From assembly GCA_036751885.1 (NCBI GenBank), contig DAIOTT010000001.1, forward strand, positions 1-40,802: a stretch of 40,802 nucleotides of DNA, in the 5' to 3' direction. Shown piece after piece: positions 25,611 through 32,764 of this stretch. Below the pieces are notes generated by a model. The model did not search any database. It was not told the DNA's origin and worked only from the letters and a program-made list of their open reading frames with translations. How positions within the stretch are numbered: position 1 is the first letter of the stretch; every line of letters starts with the position of its first letter. Origin of the DNA: Candidatus Sumerlaeota bacterium (GTDB taxonomy: Bacteria > Sumerlaeota > Sumerlaeia > SLMS01 > JAHLLQ01). The translations under genes were made by a program, and so were the position numbers.

Positions 25611-27332
25611 TTAGCTTTGCTTCCGCCAACGGGCCACAAAAAAGCCGTCGCACCCATGCTGGTGGGGGGTTGTGCGGAAATACGGAGTTCCCGGCAACCG
25701 GTAAGCATCGGCAAAGTCTAAGGCAAAAGGGGAAGCATCGGCGCAGACTAAATCCGGGTGTTGCTCTTGGATTTTCGCAGCGACTTCCACCGTCTCTTGG
25801 TTACTGAGGGTGCAGACCACGTAGGAAAGAATGCCGCCGGGCTTGAGGAGGGTGTAGGCTTTATTTAGAATTTCCAACTGCGTATTTTGCAGGGATAGGA
25901 TGGAGGTAATAGAGCGCCGCAGGCGGATTTCCGGGTGGCGACGGATTGTACCAAGGCCGGAGCAGGGGGCATCGACTAAGATGGCATCGAAAAAGCCCTC
26001 GGGGATTTGCGTCAACAAGTCGTCCACCAAAAGAGTGCGAACCCGTTCTGAAAGCTTGAGGCGTTTTAGCGTTTCGTTCATGCGGCGAATTTTAGATTCG
26101 GCAACATCCGTGGCGGTAATGCTAGCTTCGGGGAGTAAATCTGCCCAGTGGGAGGTTTTGCCGCCGGGTGAGGCGCAAAAATCTAGCAACCGGTGGTGTT
26201 CAGGATCAGGAGCGGCGATTGTGGCGGCAATTTGTGCGCCGCGGTCTTCCACAGTGAGGGTGCCGTTTTGAAAAATTTCAGAACTCACGATTGAGCCAAA
26301 ACTTGCGGGAAAGATTAGGCCCTCAGGGTATTGAAAACGGCATTCGGGTATTTCAGCCCACGGCAAATGGGGGCATTGTTCTTGAAGCAGCAGTAGGGCT
26401 TTTTCCGCCTCCACGCCGTTTCTAAGGCGCAGGCACAAGGGGGCCCGCTCGTTATTCGCGCGCCAAAAGGCTTCGTGTTCCCCTTCGTCTGTAAAAACTG
26501 GTTCTGTGAGTTCAGCAAGGGCTTCGGGCACTGCGTAGCGATCCGTCCACGGGAAGCTCTCAAAGCGCTTGCGCAGCTCCTCCACTTGTTCCGTTGCGCG
26601 CCGCATCACGGCGTTAGCCAAGCCCCGAAACCCGGTGCCTTTGGATTGTGAATCCACCAAGCGCACGGTTTCATCTACAATCGCATGGGCGGGAATGCGC
26701 TCGGTGAAAAGCAACTGTTCAAAACCCAATAGCAGACTTAGCTCAATGGCGGGTTTATCCTTCAAGGGTTCCTCTAGAAATGAATCCAGCAGTCGTTTTA
26801 AGGCGTTTTGCTTTTGCAGCACCCCACAGGCAAGCAGGCGAGCAAGGCGAATATCTGCTTCGGCAACTTTTTTTTCCGCCGCTTGCGCCAAAAAATGATC
26901 CAACCCGGGAGCCGTGGGTTTTGAGGCTTCAAACAACAGCCTAAGGGCAAGATCCCGAGAGGGGTTGGGCTCGCGCTTTTGCGTTTTCACGGGCTTTTTG
27001 CGAAAACTTGTTCCGTACGGTGAACTAGACTTATTTCCGCCGGGCGAACCAGCGGATTCTGCAGTTTTGGTTATTTTGTAAACGGACGCTGTTCCCCCCG
27101 GTGTTGACCCCTGAGACGGCCTTTCAGCTGGCCGCTGCTCCCGCTGCTCGGGTTTTGCTTTTGTGTAGGGCGTTGCTGCGGCGGGTTTTTCCACCGTAAT
27201 CTTAGGGTAGGGGCTTGCCGCTGGTTTTTCCCTTTTCTCACTGGAACGATAGGGTGTTACATCGGCGGGTTTTTTAGCCGATGAATAGGGCGTTGAAGGC
27301 TTGGACTTTGAATTATCGTAGGGTGACGTCAC
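25611..27332 (-). CDS. rsmB: 16S rRNA (cytosine-C5)-methyltransferase RsmB/Sun family with a roughly 115-aa basic Pro/Ser/Lys-rich N-terminal extension
   Basis: NusB-like region from SRDLALRLLFE. SAM-binding motif LDFCASPGGKTSH. Catalytic Cys motifs DAPCSGLGTIRRHPE and YVVCTLSNQE. The track start at 27332 is GTG. An internal GTG at 26990 would give a conventional length. Confidence 0.85.
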   Translation of the reverse strand: MTSPYDNSKSKPSTPYSSAKKPADVTPYRSSEKREKPAASPYPKITVEKPAAATPYTKAKPEQREQRPAERPSQGSTPGGTASVYKITKTAESAGSPGGNKSSSPYGTSFRKKPVKTQKREPNPSRDLALRLLFEASKPTAPGLDHFLAQAAEKKVAEADIRLARLLACGVLQKQNALKRLLDSFLEEPLKDKPAIELSLLLGFEQLLFTERIPAHAIVDETVRLVDSQSKGTGFRGLANAVMRRATEQVEELRKRFESFPWTDRYAVPEALAELTEPVFTDEGEHEAFWRANNERAPLCLRLRNGVEAEKALLLLQEQCPHLPWAEIPECRFQYPEGLIFPASFGSIVSSEIFQNGTLTVEDRGAQIAATIAAPDPEHHRLLDFCASPGGKTSHWADLLPEASITATDVAESKIRRMNETLKRLKLSERVRTLLVDDLLTQIPEGFFDAILVDAPCSGLGTIRRHPEIRLRRSITSILSLQNTQLEILNKAYTLLKPGGILSYVVCTLSNQETVEVAAKIQEQHPDLVCADASPFALDFADAYRLPGTPYFRTTPHQHGCDGFFVARWRKQS

Positions 27333-27367
27333 GCGGGGGATTCAATTCTGTTGAGATTAAATTCAGC

Positions 27368-28006
27368 TCAGGCCCTGTAAAGCGAGGCTAAGGGTGTTTG
27401 ACCAGCCACAAGGCGTGAGCCAAAGTCAAGGTTGAGATCAAGTTGAGCATCCAGATAAACATTAACTCGGGCGCCAAAGGGAACAATCCCCATGTGTTGC
27501 CCCTGAGTAAACCGGTCGCCAATCTTTACAGGGCAAAACACCTTTGAGAAAGGCCCTGCAGGCACAAATTGTAAACCAACGCGTTGGCCTTGATCGCTTT
27601 TCAGCCAAATAATGACCGAACGGCGGCGGCGGGATTTGGGGCGCTCTAGGTCTTCCACGGAACAATCGAACGGGGCGCGCTGCACCGCCACTTGCGCTAA
27701 GCCCACTTTCAACCGCAAACAACGAGCTTGCCCGCTGGCAAATCGGTCGTTCTTTTGCACATGAACCTCTGCCAACGTGCAATCCGCCGGGGAAAGCAAC
27801 ACCCGGGGATTTTTGACGATGCTCCGGTTGGGATTACGAAAACAAACCATCAGCAAAAGTGCCAACACAAACACCAGAACGGATGTTTGCCAAAACAAAA
27901 AGCTCAGTACTAAGCTAATCAACAAAAGGGGAATTATAAGTTTCCACGCTTCAGGGGAAATGGCGGAGGGCGATTGAAAGGGTGTGGTTGTTTGGGCTGG
28001 GCTCAT
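27368..28006 (-). CDS. Phosphatidylserine decarboxylase-family (short, membrane-anchored type) homologue lacking the self-processing Ser
   Basis: Two N-terminal TM helices are followed by FRNPNR..LLSPADC and GDRFTQGQHMGIVPFGARVNVYLD. This parallels the short Psd/Asd pattern FRDPER..SPADG and GERFG.I.FGSR.D.YLP as I recall it. The Gly-Ser is Gly-Ala here (Ala codon gcc at 27470-27472, minus strand). Confidence 0.6.
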   Translation of the reverse strand: MSPAQTTTPFQSPSAISPEAWKLIIPLLLISLVLSFLFWQTSVLVFVLALLLMVCFRNPNRSIVKNPRVLLSPADCTLAEVHVQKNDRFASGQARCLRLKVGLAQVAVQRAPFDCSVEDLERPKSRRRRSVIIWLKSDQGQRVGLQFVPAGPFSKVFCPVKIGDRFTQGQHMGIVPFGARVNVYLDAQLDLNLDFGSRLVAGQTPLASLYRA

Positions 28007-28104
28007 GGTGATTTCGTGGGTTGTGAAAGATTATATATCTGTTAACGATGGGACAAACGGTTGCTTCAGGCAACCAAAACGTCAAAGGGGGGTGTGAATT
28101 AAGA

Positions 28105-29922
28105 TTAACCGGGAAAGCTGGTAGCATCAGCAGGAAACTCGTTCAACGGCCGGAAACAATCCAGCGCCTGCACAACGGATTCAGCCTGCAACGAGCGCAG
28201 CTCGGCCACAAAGGGCATTTCATTATGCTGCAGGGTTTCCAAGCAACCGGGCTGCAAACACAGGTGAATCACCGGCTTTAGGGCTAGGCGGGCAGCCGAG
28301 CCAAAATGGTTGAGCACCGCGCGAACCGCCGCTTCGCTTTCCCACACAAGCACCGTGCGCCCGCTACGGGTTTGCAGGGCATTTTCCACTTTGATCAGGG
28401 ATTCACCTTCAACATCAAAAGCCTTCAGCGGGAGCGTTGTTTGGTGAACGCCAAGGGCATCAAGCTCCTCGGTTAAGTCGTTCCATTCATCAGCACCTTC
28501 AAGCACAATCAAGCGCACGTCCGCAAGGCTTTGGCCCAAGGCGTGTTCCAGCGCGGCTTGATTTACCGGCAACGGCAACCGAATTGCTGTAAGGCCGCAC
28601 TCCAGCACAAGTTTTTCCACGGCAGGCGTGGGGCAAATAATGGGGGTGGTTCGCAGAAGGTGTTCTGCATTAAAGCCGCTTCGTTCCAAGGCAGTTTCAA
28701 ATACCTCGGCTAATTCAGGTTTGGTGATTAGAAAGTGCGTTACGTGCTGCATTTCCTGGGCAAGGTGCCGTTGCTGATCGGGTGATTGTGCCAACTTAGG
28801 AACATCCAGCACGGGTATTTGCCGAAATGTGGCGCCCAACTCTTCCAAACTCTCCCGGTACAACCCTTTTTCCTGGGGGCGGAAGGTGAAGACAATTTGC
28901 GCGCCTACTAAGGGGCGTTTTTCGTAGAAGTTCAACCGCTCGGCAAACTGAACAACATCCCCCACAACCATGACGGAGGGCGAGCCCAAGCTGGCGGCCT
29001 GAAAGTCCTGCACAAAGTTTTCAATCGTGGAGGTTACTGTGAATTGCTGCGCCGTTGCACCCCAGCGAATGCCCGCTACAAGCTGCTTCGGTGAACGCCC
29101 CCCGTAAAGCAAGCCCTGCTGAATGGCTTCGCTGTTGTCCAAAAACATCAGGAATACAAGCGTATCAGCCGCTTGGGCAATTGCCCGCCAATTCACAGAT
29201 TTACGTGTATCAGGGCACTTTTCTTTAACAGGGGTTTTGTGCGTTTTAATGATGATTGGCTTAGGGCTAACTGGTTCGCTTTCATCCAACGTTGCTACTT
29301 TTGAAAGCTCTTCCTCTGAAGGGGGCAACAACCGGCCATGCAGAATCATCACGGTACCCGCAAGCTCGCGGTGTAGAACCGGAATGCCCGCCAACGCTGG
29401 CACGGAGAGAGCCGAGCTTAGCCCGGGAATGACCTCCACCTCCAGCCCGTGATCCAGGCAGTATTGCGCTTCCTCAGCCCCGCGGCCGTATATGTACGGA
29501 TCCCCACCCTTGAGGCGTACTACGATTTTACCCCCTTGGGCTTTTTGCACTAACAGCTCGTTAATCTCCGCCTGCGAGGCATGCTTAAAGCCGCCGCGCT
29601 TACCCACGTAAACCTTCTCTGCCTTGGCCGGAATAAGCTCCAACAAGGAATCCGTGAGCAGGGCATCGTGCAGCACCACATCAGCGGTTTGCAGGCGGTT
29701 GTAGGCGCGCAGGGTTAAGAACTCCGGATCCCCGGGGCCAGCGCCGATGAGGATGACTTTGCTGCGGGGTTGCTTTTGCAGCCGCGGCTTGCCGTGCGCT
29801 CCAGAACCACCTGCGCTTGGTGTATTGGGAGCGTGAAAAACGGGGGGAGTAGAATCGGATGAATTAAAAGGACTCTTCATGATTATTCGCTTTTTATTCG
29901 CCTTATGTCTTGACACAGTCAC
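28105..29922 (-). CDS. cobA: Uroporphyrinogen-III C-methyltransferase (CobA/SUMT) fused to uroporphyrinogen-III synthase (HemD)
   Basis: SUMT motifs: VILIGAGPGDPEFLTLRAYNRLQTADVVLHDAL, VVRLKGGDPYIYGRGAEE, EVIPGLSS. The C-terminal roughly 250 aa (KRPLVGAQIVFTFRPQEK...) is HemD-like. An alternative ATG lies at 29880 (MKSPFNSS). Confidence 0.8.
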   Translation of the reverse strand: MTVSRHKANKKRIIMKSPFNSSDSTPPVFHAPNTPSAGGSGAHGKPRLQKQPRSKVILIGAGPGDPEFLTLRAYNRLQTADVVLHDALLTDSLLELIPAKAEKVYVGKRGGFKHASQAEINELLVQKAQGGKIVVRLKGGDPYIYGRGAEEAQYCLDHGLEVEVIPGLSSALSVPALAGIPVLHRELAGTVMILHGRLLPPSEEELSKVATLDESEPVSPKPIIIKTHKTPVKEKCPDTRKSVNWRAIAQAADTLVFLMFLDNSEAIQQGLLYGGRSPKQLVAGIRWGATAQQFTVTSTIENFVQDFQAASLGSPSVMVVGDVVQFAERLNFYEKRPLVGAQIVFTFRPQEKGLYRESLEELGATFRQIPVLDVPKLAQSPDQQRHLAQEMQHVTHFLITKPELAEVFETALERSGFNAEHLLRTTPIICPTPAVEKLVLECGLTAIRLPLPVNQAALEHALGQSLADVRLIVLEGADEWNDLTEELDALGVHQTTLPLKAFDVEGESLIKVENALQTRSGRTVLVWESEAAVRAVLNHFGSAARLALKPVIHLCLQPGCLETLQHNEMPFVAELRSLQAESVVQALDCFRPLNEFPADATSFPG

Positions 29923-30063
29923 CAGAACCGATGAAGACGGTTGAATCTAACCCCGGTACGGGACTGAAGGCTTCATGGGATTTCAGGAAACTTCACCAAA
30001 GGTGCGGCAATCAGAACCGTTGCCGAGCAGTACTGGCGGAATTGTTCATAAGGATTAACAAAA

Positions 30064-31137
30064 ATGGCCAAGCGCACAATCACAAAAACAATCGCTGCCG
30101 GAGATGAAAATGCAAAAGCAGTGGAACTGGCGATTTCACAAATTAAAAAGAACTACGGCGAAGGCTCGATTCGCCGCTTTGGTGATTCACCCGATACCCA
30201 CGGGATTAGAACCATTCCCACGGGTTCCATCTCCTTAGACCGAGCCCTAGGCTGCTGGGGCCTACCAAGGGGCCGTGTGGTGGAAATCTTTGGCCCAGAA
30301 AGCTCCGGCAAAACAACCCTCGCACTCCACGTCATTGCCAACGCCCAAAAAATGGGGGGCATGGCAGCTTTCATTGATGTGGAGCACGCCTTGGACCCAA
30401 TCTACACCAAAAACCTTGGGGTTGATATGGATCAACTCCTCATCAGCCAGCCGGACTACGGCGAGCAAGCCTTGGATATTGTTGATACACTGGTACGCAC
30501 CAACGCCGTGGATATTATTGTGGTGGACTCCGTGGCAGCCCTTCTCCCCCGGGCGGAGCTTGAAGGGGAAATTGGCGATTCTCACGTTGGCTTGCAAGCC
30601 CGACTGATGAGCCAAGCATTGCGCAAGCTTACAGCCATTATGAACCAAACGAAAACCTGTGTCATTTTCATCAACCAAATCCGCGAGAAAATCGGTGTCA
30701 TGTTCGGAAGCCCGGAAACAACTCCCGGCGGACGGGCCCTGAAATTCTATTGTTCCGTACGCGTGGACGTTCGCCGCATTGGCGCCGTAAAAGACGGAGC
30801 CGATAACGTGGGCAACCGCGTGCGCGCCCGCGTAGTGAAAAACAAAGTAGGCGCCCCATTCCGCGAGGCGGAGTTTGACATCCTCTTCGGTGAAGGCATT
30901 AGCCGCATCGGCGATATTCTGGACTTAGGCGTGGAGCTAAACGTGATTGAAAAAAGCGGCGCCTGGATTTCCTACAAAGGCGAACGCCTAGGCCAAGGCC
31001 GTGAAAAAGCACGGCAATTCCTAAATGAAACGCCCGATCTATTGGACCAAGTTGAAGCTGCCGTGAAAAAAGCCGCCGGCTGGATTGATCCCAACGGCGA
31101 ACCCGAAGACTCTGAGGCCGAAGCGGCAAACGAATAA
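30064..31137 (+). CDS. recA: Recombinase RecA
   Basis: Walker A in [16 protein letters not shown]. Also [47 protein letters not shown]-type L2 region, and [28 protein letters not shown]. 357 aa. Confidence 0.97.
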   Translation: MAKRTITKTIAAGDENAKAVELAISQIKKNYGEGSIRRFGDSPDTHGIRTIPTGSISLDRALGCWGLPRGRVVEIFGPESSGKTTLALHVIANAQKMGGMAAFIDVEHALDPIYTKNLGVDMDQLLISQPDYGEQALDIVDTLVRTNAVDIIVVDSVAALLPRAELEGEIGDSHVGLQARLMSQALRKLTAIMNQTKTCVIFINQIREKIGVMFGSPETTPGGRALKFYCSVRVDVRRIGAVKDGADNVGNRVRARVVKNKVGAPFREAEFDILFGEGISRIGDILDLGVELNVIEKSGAWISYKGERLGQGREKARQFLNETPDLLDQVEAAVKKAAGWIDPNGEPEDSEAEAANE

Positions 31138-31193
31138 CTCATCAAACCGATGCTAACTGCCTGACCTTTTCGGCCTAAAAAAACGAGAATCCT

Positions 31194-31236
31194 ATAGCAA
31201 CCTCAGCAAAACTGCTTTGGTTGCTATTTTGTTTTT
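31194..31236 (+). terminator. Rho-independent terminator downstream of recA
   Basis: atagcaacc (31194-31202) pairs with ggttgctat (31219-31227). Inner agca/tgct pairing extends the stem. It is followed by tttgttttt (31228-31236). Confidence 0.65.
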
Positions 31237-31559
31237 AGTCGCCCTTGGCAATCTGCTAAGCTTCCGACTTAAAGCCACTCAAAGGATAATCAAAAAAACT
31301 GCAACCCATAATGAAAAACCAACCATCAGCCAGTTCAATTCGGAATCAATCGCAAATCAATCAACCTGTTTTTGCGCTGCTTCAATCCTTCGGATTAAAG
31401 AAGATCCATCGGGTTCAGACTTCATTAGCAAATCATTCTTCATTCGCAGAACAACCGCGGAATTCTTGGGCAAGCTTCATTCAACCTGATGGGCGAAGCA
31501 CCGGGACTGAACGGTCATTCCACCTGCTGCACCCACAGATATTTCAATGATTTCAAAGA

Positions 31560-32687
31560 ATGGAGTTTCCGATGTTTGTGTTTGTTGCAGACTTACGATT
31601 AGGTACCGCAGATGAGCGGGAGGATTTTTTAGATTGGGGCTCAGCCCTGCACGGGCCTGAGGCTCATTTACGGGTGGAAGCAACCGCCCGGTTAGACCGT
31701 TTATTTCTGGAGTTTGTGCGCTGGAAGTTGGCCTCAGCGGCAACCAAGGGCGTTTTGCCAACCCTGGTGCTGCTGGGCAATACGTTTGACTTTTGGCAAA
31801 CGCGCCAGCGCCGTGAAGCACCGGCGGATTGCCTTACGCGAATCCTGAGTGTTCACCTTGAGTTTACCGTTGCCATTCGCGAATGGATGGCCGCCGGCGG
31901 CGAGGTTTCCCTTGTCATCGGCAGCAGGGATCAGGCCCTTGTGGAGCCCTCCGCTTGGGAACGCCTGATGGAGATTTTTCCGCAGCTCAACCTGCACACC
32001 CAAGGCCGATGGACGCATTACTTCACCCAAAATGAAGCGGGCCTTTACGCCGAACACGGCGGCCGCTGGAACCCCTTTTGCCGAACCCGCGACCTCACAA
32101 AATGGAATGCCCAGTGCAGCGCCGCTCAGTTGGTGCAAGAGTTGGGTCGGCGCCTGGAGCCCCGCTTCCCTTGGCTGGATAAAGTTGAATCCTTCGGCGA
32201 ATTAATGCGCTGGTTGAACGTGTTGCTTGAAGGCCCCCAACAGCGCTTCTACGCGGAATTGATTCAACGCCTTTTGCGCAAGCGTTCCGCCATGAGCCGC
32301 ACCATTGCTCCTTGGCTGAACGGCGAACCGGTGGATTGGCAATCCTTGGCAGATCGCGAGGCCCACAGCTTCCACCAAGGTATTCTCAGTGTGCGCCGCA
32401 AAAGCACGCGCCCAACCCAAGCGCCCCACACCGTGAAGTTTCTGGCTCACGGCCATTCCCGCATTCCCAGCATTCAACAGCCCACCCCCAGAGGGCCAAT
32501 TGTGCTGTGCCCGGGAACTTGGTGCCCCACGGTCACGGGTTCCCCTGAAGCCCCCAAAATGGAACAACCCCTCCCCTATGTGGAGCTTCACGCACCAACT
32601 GAAGAGTTGCAACCTCAAGGCCCCTGGCAAGCAACCCTTGGCCATTGGAGAACAGAGCGCCAAAAAGCCCTGAAAACCAAACCGTAA
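31560..32687 (+). CDS. Calcineurin-like metallophosphoesterase-fold protein with substituted metal-ligand motifs (probable pseudo-enzyme)
   Basis: Motif order and spacing fit an LpxH/MPE-like fold, but residues differ. VFVADLRLG replaces D-x-H. LVLLGNTFDFW replaces G-D-x-x-D. LVIGSRDQ replaces G-N-H-D/E. AEHGGRW is retained. LAHGHSRIP replaces G-H-x-H. Alternative ATG at 31572. Confidence 0.5.
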   Translation: MEFPMFVFVADLRLGTADEREDFLDWGSALHGPEAHLRVEATARLDRLFLEFVRWKLASAATKGVLPTLVLLGNTFDFWQTRQRREAPADCLTRILSVHLEFTVAIREWMAAGGEVSLVIGSRDQALVEPSAWERLMEIFPQLNLHTQGRWTHYFTQNEAGLYAEHGGRWNPFCRTRDLTKWNAQCSAAQLVQELGRRLEPRFPWLDKVESFGELMRWLNVLLEGPQQRFYAELIQRLLRKRSAMSRTIAPWLNGEPVDWQSLADREAHSFHQGILSVRRKSTRPTQAPHTVKFLAHGHSRIPSIQQPTPRGPIVLCPGTWCPTVTGSPEAPKMEQPLPYVELHAPTEELQPQGPWQATLGHWRTERQKALKTKP

Positions 32688-32717
32688 AAATTAACCAGAG
32701 GCCTAATCAACACTATT

Positions 32718-32758
32718 GTGCTCCTGCTTAATTCATGACACGATTTAAGTAGGAGTAC
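32718..32758 (+). promoter_or_regulatory. Stem-loop sequestering the Shine-Dalgarno of the helicase-nuclease gene
   Basis: gtgctcctgcttaa (32718-32731) pairs with ttaagtaggagtac (32745-32758). That is 14 bp including two G-U pairs, with a 13-nt loop. AGGAG (32751-32755) lies in the 3' arm, 9 nt before the ATG at 32765. No U-tract follows. Confidence 0.45.
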
Positions 32759-32764
32759 ACTTGA

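Noticed and set aside
28059-28075. Hairpin ggttgc-ttcag-gcaacc between cobA-hemD and the PSD-like gene, as a minus-strand terminator
   Set aside because: The stem is only 6 bp and the trailing minus-strand sequence (gtttgt) is a poor U-tract. The genes are probably co-transcribed.
29910-29915. TTGACA as a recA -35 promoter element
   Set aside because: There is no acceptable -10 hexamer at 16-18 nt spacing (gaagac/aagacg). The site also lies inside the longer version of the cobA-hemD ORF.
31217-31550. Two overlapping plus-strand ORFs (90 aa and 79 aa) in the recA-downstream spacer
   Set aside because: The first starts at a TTG inside the recA terminator stem. Both are low-complexity with no RBS or motif. 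The region looks non-coding and A/T-rich, with a tandem aatcaatc repeat at 31344-31351 and 31355-31362 and a small hairpin at 31384-31396.
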